A stretch of 64,000 nt of DNA from an uncultured Hyphomicrobiaceae bacterium (GCA_964559355.1 CAZLHQ010000001.1:52553-116552); one strand, 5' to 3'. Counted from the stretch's first letter, positions 9,451-20,122 are shown. Program-made: numbers and translations. The notes: a model not told the origin generated them from the letters alone.

Positions 9451-10807
9451 GATTGCCGATCACGCCATCCGCGTCACGGGCCTGTCGAAGTACTATTTCA
9501 TCTTCGATCGGCCCGAGGATCGGCTGAAGCAGATGCTGGTTCCCCGGCTGCAACGGCTCGTTGGCGCAACGCCCAAGCGCTACTTCAAGCCATTCGCGGC
9601 CGTGCAGGATGTCTCTTTCGCGGTGAAGCGCGGCGAGACCGTCGGCATCATCGGCCGCAATGGCTCGGGCAAGTCGACGCTTCTTCAGGTCGTTTGCGGG
9701 ACGTTGCGGCCGACGGAAGGTACGGTCGATGTCAATGGGCGCATAGCAGCGCTGCTCGAGCTGGGCGCGGGCTTCAACCCGGAGTTCACCGGTCGCGAAA
9801 ACGTTTTCGTAAAGGCATCGATCCTGGGCTTGTCGCATGCGGAGACCGAGGCGCGCTTCGACGACATCGCGCGGTTTGCCGATATCGGCATGTTCATCGA
9901 CCAGCCGGTCAAAACCTATTCGTCGGGCATGTTCGTGCGACTGGCGTTTGCGACCGCTATCAACGTCGATCCCGACATCCTGGTTGTCGACGAGGCTCTG
10001 GCGGTCGGTGATGAAGCGTTCCAGCGCAAGTGCTATTCTCGCATCGAGGAGATCAAGAGTAAGGGTGCGACCATCCTGTTCGTGTCGCATGGCGCGCAGA
10101 CCATCGTGCAGCTGTGCGACCGGGCCTTGCTGATGGATCGCGGCGAGCTCATTCTGGAAGGCCGGCCCAAGACGGTGGTGAGCCAGTATCAGCGACTGGT
10201 GAATGCTTCACGTGCCGCGACCCCTGCTATTCGCGACTCGATTATTGCCATGCGCAATGCTTCGGCAAAGGCGAATCTGCCTCACGAGCCAGAGCAGAAG
10301 GCGCAACTTGAAGACGCCGAGCCGCAGTTCGATCCCAATCTTCGCTCTCGGTCGGTGACGTTCCTCGAAGAGCGGGGCGCCAGAATTCGCGATGTGCGTA
10401 TTTGCTCGATCGATGGGCGTCCTGCGAATTTGCTCAAACGGGGTAGGCGCTACGTTTTGGAGTACGAGGTCGACGTCAAGATCGACATTGAGCATGCAGG
10501 ATTTGGCTTCGGCCTCCGTACGACCGCCGGTATTCTGCTCGGCGGCATGCATACTTCGGGCTCGCGGCAAGCCGTTCTTTCCCGTCTGACTGCTGGTTCC
10601 AAGAAGAAGATCCAGTTCGAGTTCACCTGTCGGTTGTCGCCGGGTGCCTACTTTATCGTGTGCGGCGTACGCGGCATCGTCGATGGAGAGGAGATCCTCG
10701 TGCATCGAGCGATCGATGTGCTGCTGTTTCGAGTAATGCCAGAGCGCGATTTGACTGTTACGGGATTCGTCGACCTTGATGCGGTGAACACAATTTCAGA
10801 TCTTTGA
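9440..10807 (+). CDS. wzt: ABC polysaccharide export ATP-binding protein Wzt with an extended C-terminal glycan-binding-type domain
   Basis: Walker A GRNGSGKSTLL, signature YSSGMFVRLAFA, Walker B ILVVDEAL. About 170 extra C-terminal residues are rich in beta-strand-like sequence (RYVLEYEVDVKIDIEH..FEFTCRLSPGAYFIV). ATG 9440 overlaps the wzm stop. Confidence 0.85.
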   Translation: MSSEIADHAIRVTGLSKYYFIFDRPEDRLKQMLVPRLQRLVGATPKRYFKPFAAVQDVSFAVKRGETVGIIGRNGSGKSTLLQVVCGTLRPTEGTVDVNGRIAALLELGAGFNPEFTGRENVFVKASILGLSHAETEARFDDIARFADIGMFIDQPVKTYSSGMFVRLAFATAINVDPDILVVDEALAVGDEAFQRKCYSRIEEIKSKGATILFVSHGAQTIVQLCDRALLMDRGELILEGRPKTVVSQYQRLVNASRAATPAIRDSIIAMRNASAKANLPHEPEQKAQLEDAEPQFDPNLRSRSVTFLEERGARIRDVRICSIDGRPANLLKRGRRYVLEYEVDVKIDIEHAGFGFGLRTTAGILLGGMHTSGSRQAVLSRLTAGSKKKIQFEFTCRLSPGAYFIVCGVRGIVDGEEILVHRAIDVLLFRVMPERDLTVTGFVDLDAVNTISDL

Positions 10808-10833
10808 CCCCGGATAATCACAAAGAGAGATCT

Positions 10834-11754
10834 ATGACGCATGAGCCTTCATTCGCCATCAGCACGACCATAGACAACTTGCCGCGCTTGCATGCCGAGT
10901 TGGTGCTCTGGGCGGTATGCGTTACTCGCAACCTTCCGCTCAACCGCTATCGTGTAACCGTCAATTTCGTCGATGAAGCGCCGGAGGATCTCGCCAGCTG
11001 GTTGTCCGAACGTGGCATTGGAGTTTCCATCGTAGATCGCCAAGTGCCAGGGTCGCCCCACTGCAATCGTATCGCGTCGTTTCTTGCTGCAGCAGAGGAG
11101 GACTTTATCGTAGCTACCGATTCCGATCTCTATTTCGTCGGCGATCCGTCGCTGTTGTTCGTGTCGCGCAGAAATCGGGCGTGCCCAAATAATTCTTGCA
11201 ATCCACCTGGATACATCTTCAAGAAGATACTGGAGTGTTCAGGGCTGCCGGTGGCATTCCGCCCAGGAGTTTCTCTTCTTCCGGGACGCAATAGAATGCG
11301 CGAGACTCACATCAACAACATAAGCGCGGGAATTGTCGCACTCACGTCTGCTAGTGCCGCAGAGTTTGCTCGAGCTTGGGTACATTGGGCGAAATGGCTT
11401 GTGGCAAACCGTAACCTTCTTGCTGATTGGGCGGTTCACGTTGATCAAGTAGCCTTCGCGTTGGCATGCGAACAGCTCGAGTCCGACGTTGAGTTTCTGC
11501 CTCCGCAATCAAATTTGATCTTGGAAATGCTTCCATTAGTTGAAACCGCGTATGCAATTCATTTGACCGGGGCACACATCGGGCAATTTGCAAGCCGCTT
11601 CAATGCAGATCGCACTTTATCAAAGGAGGGTTTGCAGGAGGGCGTGGTTGACGCCGTGGAACGTTTCAACGCTTGTGTTGTGGAGGCTGCCCGGGAGATT
11701 TTGAAACTTCCATCGACGCGTGAACACTCGGCTCTTCTACTTGGTGCTCGGTGA
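10834..11754 (+). CDS. Putative nucleotide-diphospho-sugar transferase (GT-A/GT8-like), function unknown
   Basis: DxD-like ATDSDLYF, ISAGIVAL and HLTGAH resemble GT8-type motifs. Lower GC than the flanks. There is no stronger family match by eye. Confidence 0.4.
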   Translation: MTHEPSFAISTTIDNLPRLHAELVLWAVCVTRNLPLNRYRVTVNFVDEAPEDLASWLSERGIGVSIVDRQVPGSPHCNRIASFLAAAEEDFIVATDSDLYFVGDPSLLFVSRRNRACPNNSCNPPGYIFKKILECSGLPVAFRPGVSLLPGRNRMRETHINNISAGIVALTSASAAEFARAWVHWAKWLVANRNLLADWAVHVDQVAFALACEQLESDVEFLPPQSNLILEMLPLVETAYAIHLTGAHIGQFASRFNADRTLSKEGLQEGVVDAVERFNACVVEAAREILKLPSTREHSALLLGAR

Positions 11755-12650
11755 TGCGAAAAAACCAAGGGAAACGCCAACTCATTTTGCATGTGGGGTT
11801 GCCAAAGACTGGAACGTCCGCGCTCCAGCGCTGGTGCGATATGAATCGAGAAATCCTCAGCGGCATCGGAGTGAATTATCCCGATAGGCACCTTGATCCG
11901 TTCGTTCCTAAACATCAGTTTCTCGTGCAGGAAATCATGCAGGGCGATTGCCCGAAGCTCAGAGAGATCTTGGCGCTTGCAGGGCAGCAGATCGTGGTCC
12001 TGTCGACAGAAGGATTGACGAATCACCTCATCGATTTTCCATCCAATGGACTGGAATCCTTCCGCAAGTCAGTGCGGGACTTTGAAACAACGGTATTCGT
12101 CGTGACGCGCGAACGTGATGCGTGGCTCAAATCCTACTACAAGCAATGCGTGATCAACCCGCCGTCGGAGGTTTATCCTTATGCAACTGCGCTTACCCTC
12201 GCTGAGTTCAGCCTTCTGCCTCGAATCCGCTTTCTGGCGGAGATGGATACGCGGCCTGATCTCTTGTTGCAGACTTTCGGTGCGCACGAACTTGTGCACC
12301 TCGATTATCGAGCGCCTTGGTTCGATTCGTTTGTTGCTCTCATCGGTGCTCAGTCTGTGGCTGCGGAAAACCGTGTGCAGCAAGAAAACGTTTCTGTTGC
12401 CGACGATGTCGTCGAGATCATTCGCCAAATCAACGCCCAGAATCTCACCTATGAGTTGCGATCGAGGCTGCTCAATCTGATCAGCATCGCGTCTCCAACC
12501 AAGCACAATATTCTCTCGAACTTCTATCGCGTTGATGTGCCAGCCACAGCCGACGAAGTGAAACTCCTGCGGGCCGCGGTGGCGGCATTGCGGCCGCCGT
12601 CCGCCAATGTCGCGGCCGTGCTGGCAGCCGTGCTGCAGAGGTTGCAGTAA
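11751..12650 (+). CDS. Sulfotransferase-fold protein (PAPS-dependent type), paralogue of 17517..18272
   Basis: 5'-PSB-like loop LILHVGLPKTGTSALQRW and 3'-PB-like FVVTRERDAWLKSYY. The start (GTG 11751 or ATG 11754) overlaps the upstream stop. Confidence 0.6.
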   Translation: MMRKNQGKRQLILHVGLPKTGTSALQRWCDMNREILSGIGVNYPDRHLDPFVPKHQFLVQEIMQGDCPKLREILALAGQQIVVLSTEGLTNHLIDFPSNGLESFRKSVRDFETTVFVVTRERDAWLKSYYKQCVINPPSEVYPYATALTLAEFSLLPRIRFLAEMDTRPDLLLQTFGAHELVHLDYRAPWFDSFVALIGAQSVAAENRVQQENVSVADDVVEIIRQINAQNLTYELRSRLLNLISIASPTKHNILSNFYRVDVPATADEVKLLRAAVAALRPPSANVAAVLAAVLQRLQ

Positions 12651-12989
12651 TAGCTCATTTGGATTTCGTAGCGTCGATGGGATTTGATGTGAGGTGACGT
12701 GCAGGACTTCGGGTCTAGCAAACCGTTGTAAAACCCGTCTGCCCAAAACCATGAACAGTGATTCGATCTACGTGCGGCGAAGCTTGGTGCTGAAGTGCGC
12801 ATCCGCTCAGCCAGCGGGCCGCGGGGGCCGCGCGTCCCGTCGATAACGTACAGAATCTTTCGCACAATTGAATGAGGGCTGGCAGCCGCAGATCGACTTT
12901 GACGCAACGCTGAAGCGTGTTCTCGCCTATTGGCGTCTGCGCGTTTCGTGAGGATTGCGGGAAGCCAAGCAGTTCCAATAGAAATTGTC

Positions 12990-13928
12990 TCATGATGACT
13001 TGCGATTGAAGGCAAGCCTTGCGCTGAACAGCACCATCAGCTTGAGCAGTGCCTGATCGCGTGCGAATTGCCGATGGATCTGATGTTCGGTCAGAAACGC
13101 CAAGCGGCCGGAGAGCGTATCGATTGCACATAAGCGATCGGCCATCGCGCGTGCTTCGGGCGCCAATTCATCGCGAAGTGCCGTCCTGACGGCGTGTGCC
13201 TGCGCGATGAGCGACCGCACGAAGTTGCTCTTCATTTGCCGGCGAAGTCGCGCCACCAACCAATCAAGTTGCCCGCTGGGCAAACCCACCTGGTTGCGCG
13301 CGTGCCGACGATAGGCGAGGCTTGGAACTGGATCGTAGATCACCTGACCGAGCGCCGAGATGACGAGGTAGGCCCACCAGTCGTGCATGATGGCGTCGTG
13401 GGGTGGCGGATGCCGCCGCAAGATCTTGGCGGCTTCGCCGTTGAGAGCGATCGTGCATCCCGTGGCGATGTTCTCGACCAGCGCATTGGCGAACGACGGG
13501 GGCTTGGGCCAAACGGGCGATCTGGCGACGGGCTTCAAAGCATCGTTTACGATGTCGAGAGCACTGCAATACATCGCTGCGCGGCTGCTTGGAACGCGAG
13601 CCAGCGCTGCCATCGCACGACGCACTTTGTCGGGATACCAGATGTCGTCCTGATCGGCGAAGAATGTCGCTTCCGCCTCTGGAGCGTTCGACAGCAGGTG
13701 CGCAAAGGAAGCCTTGGTGCCGAGGTTGGTGCCATAGTCGACTTCGATGGCGAGCTTTTTCGAAAAGCTATTGATAACCTCCGGCGTGTCATCGTCAGAG
13801 CCGTCATCACGAACCATGACTCTGCAATTGGGCCAATCCTGGCGGGCAAGAGAGTCCAGCATCGCCGGCAAATATTCGCCGCCGCGATAGCTGGAAAGCA
13901 GAATGACTGCGAGCCCGGGTGCGCTCAC
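12990..13928 (-). CDS. Glycosyltransferase family 2 (GT-A)
   Basis: AVILLSSYRGGEYLPAMLDSLARQDWPNCRVMVRDDGSDD and FADQDDIW (DxD). GTG start. Confidence 0.85.
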   Translation of the reverse strand: MSAPGLAVILLSSYRGGEYLPAMLDSLARQDWPNCRVMVRDDGSDDDTPEVINSFSKKLAIEVDYGTNLGTKASFAHLLSNAPEAEATFFADQDDIWYPDKVRRAMAALARVPSSRAAMYCSALDIVNDALKPVARSPVWPKPPSFANALVENIATGCTIALNGEAAKILRRHPPPHDAIMHDWWAYLVISALGQVIYDPVPSLAYRRHARNQVGLPSGQLDWLVARLRRQMKSNFVRSLIAQAHAVRTALRDELAPEARAMADRLCAIDTLSGRLAFLTEHQIHRQFARDQALLKLMVLFSARLAFNRKSS

Positions 13929-14015
13929 GATGCTGCCGTCGATAACGCGATGCCATCGCCATGGCGGCAGCCGTCGGCATGATCGTGCGCCAACGGCGTG
14001 CGGCCGCTAGCAGCG

Positions 14016-14882
14016 TCAACGGTTGGCGATTTGCAGCAGATACTGACCATAGGCCGACTTCTCGATCTCCTGTCCGAGTTTGGCAAGCTCGCCGCGAGAA
14101 ATGAAACCCATCTTATAGGCGGTTTCTTCGGGGCAGGCGATGCGCAGCCCCTGGCGCTTCTCGATGACGCGAACGAAATCGGCTGCTTCAATCAATGAAT
14201 CGGGTGTACCCGTGTCGAGCCACGCAAAGCCACGGCCGAGGAACTCGACGTAGAGCTCGCTGCTTTGCATGTAGGCGGCGTTGACGTCCGTGATTTCCAG
14301 TTCGCCGCGGACCGAAGGCTTGATGTTGGCGGCGATGTCGACCACGCGCCGATCGTAGAAATACAGACCCGTCACTGCCCAGTTGGATTTTGGCTGCTTG
14401 GGCTTTTCCTCGATGCTCTTGGCCCGGCCTTGCTCATCGAGCTCGACCACGCCATAGCGTTCGGGATCGCGCACATGATACGCGAACACGGTTGCGCCCG
14501 ACGTGCGCGCCGCCGCAGCCTGCAACATCTTCGGCAGGCCATGACCATAGAAAATGTTGTCGCCGAGAATGAGAATCGAATTGTCGCCGTTAATGAAGTC
14601 GGCGCCGATGATATAGGCCTGCGCCAGACCTTCAGGCCGCGGCTGCTCGGCATAGGAAATCGAGATACCCCATTTTCCGCCGTCGCGCAGCATGCGCTGG
14701 AAGCTCGGCAGGTCATGAGGCGTGGAGATGATCAGGATCTCGCGCGCGCCCGCCAGCATCAACGTCGACAGCGGATAGTAGATCATCGGCTTGTCGTAGA
14801 TCGGCAGCAGTTGCTTGCTGGCCGCCAATGTCATTGGGTGCAATCTTGTTCCGGCGCCCCCCGCCAGCACGATACCTTTCAC
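14016..14882 (-). CDS. rfbA: Glucose-1-phosphate thymidylyltransferase
   Basis: [49 protein letters not shown]. Full-length RmlA-like, 288 aa. Confidence 0.95.
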   Translation of the reverse strand: MKGIVLAGGAGTRLHPMTLAASKQLLPIYDKPMIYYPLSTLMLAGAREILIISTPHDLPSFQRMLRDGGKWGISISYAEQPRPEGLAQAYIIGADFINGDNSILILGDNIFYGHGLPKMLQAAAARTSGATVFAYHVRDPERYGVVELDEQGRAKSIEEKPKQPKSNWAVTGLYFYDRRVVDIAANIKPSVRGELEITDVNAAYMQSSELYVEFLGRGFAWLDTGTPDSLIEAADFVRVIEKRQGLRIACPEETAYKMGFISRGELAKLGQEIEKSAYGQYLLQIANR

Positions 14883-14921
14883 AGCCGGTTCCCCTGTTTG
14901 CTCATATGACGTGTTCTAAGG

Positions 14922-15806
14922 TTAGTGCTTGCCGACAAGCCGGCCCACGCATTGTCCGACGCCTTCCTTCCAATCTGGAAACCTGATGGCAAATGTGCGC
15001 GCGAGTGCCCCGCAATCCATGCGCGAGTTTGCCGGACGGCGCGCTGGCGTCGGATACTGCGAGGTGGGGATGCCATGGACGACTGCGCTTGGCCCGCCAA
15101 GAGCGGCCGAACAGCGAAACACCTCGCGTGCAAAGTCACACCAAGTCGTATCGCCACTGCCCGCGGCATGATAGATGCCCCACGCGTCGCTTCGCCCATC
15201 AGGTCCGCAAATCGCCGCAGCAATGCTCATCACTGCGTCAGCCAGATGCGGTGCATAGGTCGGATTGCCGTGCTGATCGTCGACGACGTTGAGATCGGGT
15301 CGCGTTTCGGCCAGACGCAGCATTGTCCTGACGAAATTGTAGCCGAACGGCGCATGCACCCAGGACGTCCGCAGTATCACATGTCGCGGGCATGCCGTAG
15401 CCACGTTCGCTTCGCCCGCCAGCTTCGAACGACCATAAGCGCCGATCGGGCCGGTGGCATCGGTTTCAACATAGGGCGCATGTTTGGTGCCGTCGAACAC
15501 GTAGTCGGTCGAGATGTGAATGATCGGGATGCCGGCGGCATGACACGCACGGGCAACGTTTCCTGCGCCCGTTGCATTGATCGCGAAGGCTTCCTCGACC
15601 TCGGTCTCCGCCTTGTCCACGGCCGTGTAGGCGCCAGCGTTGACGACGACATCGGGCGCGGCGGCAACAATTGTTCGCAGAACGCTATCGGCATCACGAA
15701 TGTCGAAATCCGGTCGCCCCAAGGCAAACACAGTATGGGCGTTAGCGCCAAGCTCGGCCAACGAGCACGCAAGCTGACCCGACTTTCCGGTGACCAGCAC
15801 TTTCAT
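14922..15806 (-). CDS. rfbD: dTDP-4-dehydrorhamnose reductase
   Basis: MKVLVTGKSGQLA, STDYVFDG and YGRSKLAGE. Start trimmed to ATG 15806, just downstream of the rfbB stop. Confidence 0.9.
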   Translation of the reverse strand: MKVLVTGKSGQLACSLAELGANAHTVFALGRPDFDIRDADSVLRTIVAAAPDVVVNAGAYTAVDKAETEVEEAFAINATGAGNVARACHAAGIPIIHISTDYVFDGTKHAPYVETDATGPIGAYGRSKLAGEANVATACPRHVILRTSWVHAPFGYNFVRTMLRLAETRPDLNVVDDQHGNPTYAPHLADAVMSIAAAICGPDGRSDAWGIYHAAGSGDTTWCDFAREVFRCSAALGGPSAVVHGIPTSQYPTPARRPANSRMDCGALARTFAIRFPDWKEGVGQCVGRLVGKH

Positions 15807-15811
15807 TGCTG

Positions 15812-16876
15812 CTAGGCCCTTGCCGCTGCCGGAGCAAGGCCGAGACGCTCGCCTGCATAAACGCTGTCGCGCATCGGCTGCCACCAGTCACGGTTGTCGA
15901 GATACCAATCGATCGTCTTCTCGATACCTGTTTCGAAATTCTCGACAGCACGCCAACCAAGTTCGGTTTCAAGCTTTGTCGCATCTATCGCATAGCGCTG
16001 ATCGTGGCCTGGGCGATCAGTCACGTAAGAAATGAGGCTCGCATGAGCATGCTTCTTGGGGCGTCGGCTATCCATGATCCTGCAGATGCGTTGAACCACG
16101 TCGAGGTTGGTGCGTTCGTTGCGCCCGCCGACATTGTATTTTTCGCCGAGCCTTCCGCGTTCGAGAATCGTCACCAGCGCGCGGGCGTGATCGTCGACAT
16201 AGAGCCAGTCGCGAATATTCGACCCGTTGCCGTAGACCGGCAGCTTGATGTCGTGCAGCGCGTTGAGGATCATCAACGGAATGAGCTTTTCGGGAAACTG
16301 ATAGGGGCCGTAGTTGTTCGAGCAGTTGGAGATCAACGAGGGGAAACCATAGGTGCGATGCCAGGCGACGACGAGGTGGTCTGACGCTGCCTTGCTGGCC
16401 GAGTAGGGCGAGCTTGGATCGTAGGCGGTATCTTCATGGAATAGCCCATCCGCGCCAAGCGACCCATAGACTTCGTCGGTCGAGACATGGAGGAAGCGGA
16501 ACGTGGACTTTCGGTCGGCGGGCAGGTCGTTCCAATACCGCCGCGCAGCCTCGAGCAGAACGTATGTGCCGACGACGTTGGTTTCCACAAATGCGCCCGC
16601 TCCGGTGATCGAACGATCGACATGGCTTTCGGCCGCCAGATGAATGACCGCGTCGGGCTTGAAGCTTTCGAATGCCGAGGCCATTGCGCCTGCATCGCAA
16701 ATGTCGCTCTTTAAAAAGCGGTATTCATTGCGACCCGACACATGATCCAGCGAGTGCAGGTTTGCGGCATAGGTCAGCTTGTCGACATTGAGGATGTCCC
16801 TGCCCTTATCAGCGACCAGATGTCGACATAATGCCGAGCCGATGAAGCCCGCTCCGCCAGTGACTATGACGCGCAT
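15812..16876 (-). CDS. rfbB: dTDP-glucose 4,6-dehydratase
   Basis: [37 protein letters not shown] and [12 protein letters not shown]. Start trimmed to ATG 16876. Confidence 0.95.
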   Translation of the reverse strand: MRVIVTGGAGFIGSALCRHLVADKGRDILNVDKLTYAANLHSLDHVSGRNEYRFLKSDICDAGAMASAFESFKPDAVIHLAAESHVDRSITGAGAFVETNVVGTYVLLEAARRYWNDLPADRKSTFRFLHVSTDEVYGSLGADGLFHEDTAYDPSSPYSASKAASDHLVVAWHRTYGFPSLISNCSNNYGPYQFPEKLIPLMILNALHDIKLPVYGNGSNIRDWLYVDDHARALVTILERGRLGEKYNVGGRNERTNLDVVQRICRIMDSRRPKKHAHASLISYVTDRPGHDQRYAIDATKLETELGWRAVENFETGIEKTIDWYLDNRDWWQPMRDSVYAGERLGLAPAAARA

Positions 16877-16895
16877 TTTCGCTCCCCCCGGGTGA

Positions 16896-17495
16896 TCAGA
16901 AATAGCGCGGCAGATCGTCAAGTCGCGGCAGCTTGGTGTCCTTGTCCGACAAGATCGCCTCCGCCGCGGAGACGGGCCACGCAATGGCAAGTGCGGGATC
17001 GTTCCACATCATGCCACGGTCGCATTCCGGCGCATACTTGTCGGTCACCTTGTACACAACCTCAGTGTCCGTCTCGAGCGTGCAGAACCCATGCGCGAAG
17101 CCGACTGGCACCCACAATTGCGACCAATTCTCCGCACTCAAAATTGCGCTGACATGCTGACCGAATGTCTTCGAGCCATGGCGCAGATCGACAGCCACAT
17201 CGAAGATGGCGCCGCGCACGACGCGGATCAGCTTGCCTTGGGCGTGCGGGTTGATCTGGAAATGCAGGCCACGAACGACACCGCGGCTCGTGGATAGCGA
17301 ATGGTTGTCCTGCACGAAATCGGCCTCGATGCCGGCTTCCGCCAGCTCGCGCTTCTTGTAAACCTCGGAAAAGAAGCCGCGCTCGTCGCTGAAGCGCTTG
17401 GGCGTGACGAGCTTCACGTCCTCGATTGCCAACGATGTGATCACGTCAGGGATTTCCTTGACCAGTTGAGATTGATCGGATGCAAATGCCCCCAT
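16896..17495 (-). CDS. rfbC: dTDP-4-dehydrorhamnose 3,5-epimerase
   Basis: [34 protein letters not shown] and GFAHGF. Confidence 0.92.
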   Translation of the reverse strand: MGAFASDQSQLVKEIPDVITSLAIEDVKLVTPKRFSDERGFFSEVYKKRELAEAGIEADFVQDNHSLSTSRGVVRGLHFQINPHAQGKLIRVVRGAIFDVAVDLRHGSKTFGQHVSAILSAENWSQLWVPVGFAHGFCTLETDTEVVYKVTDKYAPECDRGMMWNDPALAIAWPVSAAEAILSDKDTKLPRLDDLPRYF

Positions 17496-17516
17496 TTCAC
17501 TTAGAATTCTCAGCTG

Positions 17517-18272
17517 TCAGGACCATTTCCCGCCAACGGCAATTGGAACAGCGAACTCCACAATTTCCGAATTATCCGCATGCGTGAACATTTCTGAAAA
17601 CGCAGTTCTTCGTTCATTCGTGAAAAATCGTTGGAACGCTTCTGTGCCAACCTCAAGATGTAGGCGCCGCAACGCTTCACAGCAATCAAATGTCGCACCA
17701 CGGTTTTCGGCCGGCATCACAATGTGCAAGCCCAAAAAATCTTCCAACTGACCTACCCAACCCTCGCCGTCAATATCTATTTCTGTGACCTTGAATTTTT
17801 CCCCGTGTCGTTTGGAAAAATGCCCCATGTCGACGCCCTGCCAAGGCGCCGAGAATTCTTCAAACCCACCCGTATAGTCATACACAAAGACAGCATGCCG
17901 CCACGCCGACTCAATCCACCCCTTCTTCGAACGCCTAAGAACGAGAAACTCGGGATTGTGAACCCTCAACAATGTACAGAGCGTGTTTATCTGCTCGGAA
18001 TTAATGTCCATTAGCCTTTCGGAACTCAACACAACAGTTTTATTAGCGTTCCTGACCTGATCACAAATATTCTGAAATTCCTGATCCACCCATTCCTTCG
18101 AGAACCACGTAGAAGTCCACTCATCGACGCCCTTGAGCTTTAATGGGACTGCCAGATGCTCATTGAAGTGAATGCCAGCATCTGGGTAGATTATTTCTTT
18201 CTGATTAAATAAGAATTTCTGCAGCGAGGTCGAGGCGCATTTCGCCCAACCCACATGCAACACAAGCCTCAT
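17517..18272 (-). CDS. Sulfotransferase-fold-like protein with a degenerate 5'-PSB loop, paralogue of 11751..12650
   Basis: MRLVLHVGWAKCASTSLQKF, VVLSSERL and LVLRRSKKGWIESAWRH are colinear with the motifs of 11751..12650. Low-GC segment. Confidence 0.45.
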   Translation of the reverse strand: MRLVLHVGWAKCASTSLQKFLFNQKEIIYPDAGIHFNEHLAVPLKLKGVDEWTSTWFSKEWVDQEFQNICDQVRNANKTVVLSSERLMDINSEQINTLCTLLRVHNPEFLVLRRSKKGWIESAWRHAVFVYDYTGGFEEFSAPWQGVDMGHFSKRHGEKFKVTEIDIDGEGWVGQLEDFLGLHIVMPAENRGATFDCCEALRRLHLEVGTEAFQRFFTNERRTAFSEMFTHADNSEIVEFAVPIAVGGKWS

Positions 18273-18317
18273 GAGTGTCTCCTCGACTTACTTTCTCGCC
18301 CCGCAATCTAGCACACG

Positions 18318-19037
18318 TCATGCGTGCGATTTTCGGAAGACCATTACCTCCTGACCATAGACGTTACCTATAATTTCATCTGCGACCAGGCCAGCCCCAG
18401 AAGCAATGCTAATGAAATAGTCGGGATCGATATCGATGCGTCTTGAATCGCCAACAAACCGCTCCCCCTTCGGCACATCAACGTGGATCGAAATAATCGC
18501 CTTTCCATTTTTTCGAAGAACACGTGCTATCTCCGAAAGATAACGCGTCGCCTCCACCTCGAGCAGATGGGTAAAAAGGCTGGCTGCCACCGCCACGGTG
18601 AAGGTCCTGTCCATAAAAGGAAAGCAATAGTTTTCAGCCTTTACTGAAGATGTTGGATTATACAGAGCCGAGTGCACATCTGCGCCAACAAACTCGAACC
18701 GGTCTCCCGCCAAGTGAGCAAAATTTTCTGCGCACCAGTTGATGGCCCGACGATCAATATCCAATCCGACATAGCGAACTTCGGGATTGAGGTATAAAAA
18801 TCTCGCCAGTTTGCCACAGCTACAACCGACATCCAGAACATGTGGCGCTCTCGATAGAAAAGCGCTCACAATATGTGCCCAAGCCTCGCCTATGGCAAAG
18901 AAGCTGTATTCATCGCCAATGGAAGACGCGGCCCGGAGCTCTCGGCTCGGAATTGGCAGCGAGTAAAGTCCTCCGCGATAGCAAGGCTCAACGAACTCAG
19001 AGAACGAAGTTTCCTTCTTGACCGCCCACTTCAGCAT
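18318..19037 (-). CDS. Class I SAM-dependent methyltransferase
   Basis: Motif I VLDVGCSCGKLARFL, then VGLDID and a post-I acidic residue, then LRKNGKAIISI. Confidence 0.8.
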   Translation of the reverse strand: MLKWAVKKETSFSEFVEPCYRGGLYSLPIPSRELRAASSIGDEYSFFAIGEAWAHIVSAFLSRAPHVLDVGCSCGKLARFLYLNPEVRYVGLDIDRRAINWCAENFAHLAGDRFEFVGADVHSALYNPTSSVKAENYCFPFMDRTFTVAVAASLFTHLLEVEATRYLSEIARVLRKNGKAIISIHVDVPKGERFVGDSRRIDIDPDYFISIASGAGLVADEIIGNVYGQEVMVFRKSHA

Positions 19038-19067
19038 AAAACTCCCAACCTCTCTGTTTCTAGAGTT

Positions 19068-20105
19068 TCATTTCGTACGCAAGTGCTCTTGTTTATACCA
19101 TGCCTCATAACCTCCCCCTGTTGAATCAAAAGGATTTGGGAACGCATCATGCAGGTCGCCCCGATCGCGATACAACTCACGCGCCTCCTTTGGAATAGGC
19201 TTTCCTGAACTAAAGGAACCGTAGTGCCAGTAACCGTTCGGGATCCGCGCATCGCTGAATTCCAAGATCAACCTTTTGTACCAAGTCCAAAGTTCGTAAA
19301 CTTCAATGTTGGGCCCAGCGTATCTTCGCGTCATCGTATCACCTATAGGGCCCAGTTTAGTGAAGTGATAAAAGCGAAGCGGGTATTCTCCATTTACGAG
19401 AAATGTCCCGTTCTCTGCTACCGAGATGTTCCGTCGATTCAGATTCCAGCTGGCGACATTGTAACCCGGATCTCTTACTATCATAACCCTGTCAAAAAAA
19501 GCCGGGATCAGATCGCACCATTTTTGATCTACGAAAAGACCACGTCCTTTATCATCGTAGCAAAAGCGCAGACATCTTTCTGCCCACCAATCTGCGCAAG
19601 AAAGACCGGAACGATCGTTCCGTATTGCAATAAACCCGAGATTGTAGGTGCCATGGATGAGAGAGCTTACTTCATTGTCCCAAATCGAAAAATCGTCATT
19701 GTCAAATGAAATCTGATGCGGCGTCAACAATACTGAGGCGGTGTCGAGCATGCGCTGCAATCCACTCAAGCTGTTTAGAATAGCTATGTCAGGGTCTAGA
19801 TAGAAGATCTGATCATAACCTAATGAGCAGAGCTGCTTAAGAAACGGACCTTTCACAGCCGTACAAAGCTCAACGACATCGTGCTTAAAAATCCAACTTC
19901 GAATATTTGGTATATCGAGTTCGGTAATCCAAATTACCCGGTCCCATGCCTCGTCACCGATGTCGAAGTGGAATCCAGCCGGCGCAACATCGCTGATCAA
20001 CAGCCACAGATCCCAATTTGGATGATATTGCCTGAGCGTCCGCCCCAGCACCCGAGCCCGGTTCAAATAAGAAAATGAAATGCTCGTAAAGCAACAAGTT
20101 TTCAT
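19068..20105 (-). CDS. Putative glycosyltransferase (GT-A-like, DxD YLDPDI), family uncertain
   Basis: FTSISFSYLNRARVLGRTLRQYHP..LCTAVKGPFLKQL..IFYLDPDIAIL. ATG 20105 is preceded by GGAGG. The alternative GTG 20126 overlaps the upstream stop. Confidence 0.5.
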   Translation of the reverse strand: MKTCCFTSISFSYLNRARVLGRTLRQYHPNWDLWLLISDVAPAGFHFDIGDEAWDRVIWITELDIPNIRSWIFKHDVVELCTAVKGPFLKQLCSLGYDQIFYLDPDIAILNSLSGLQRMLDTASVLLTPHQISFDNDDFSIWDNEVSSLIHGTYNLGFIAIRNDRSGLSCADWWAERCLRFCYDDKGRGLFVDQKWCDLIPAFFDRVMIVRDPGYNVASWNLNRRNISVAENGTFLVNGEYPLRFYHFTKLGPIGDTMTRRYAGPNIEVYELWTWYKRLILEFSDARIPNGYWHYGSFSSGKPIPKEARELYRDRGDLHDAFPNPFDSTGGGYEAWYKQEHLRTK

Positions 20106-20122
20106 GTCCCCTCCCCGACAGG

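Noticed and set aside
12651-12989. Possible remnant of a GT-B glycosyltransferase N-terminus on the minus strand (..RKILYVIDGTRGPRGPLAERM..) in the 340-bp convergent gap
   Set aside because: It is a single short motif-like string in one frame, with stops and no continuation. That is not enough to call a pseudogene without a database comparison.
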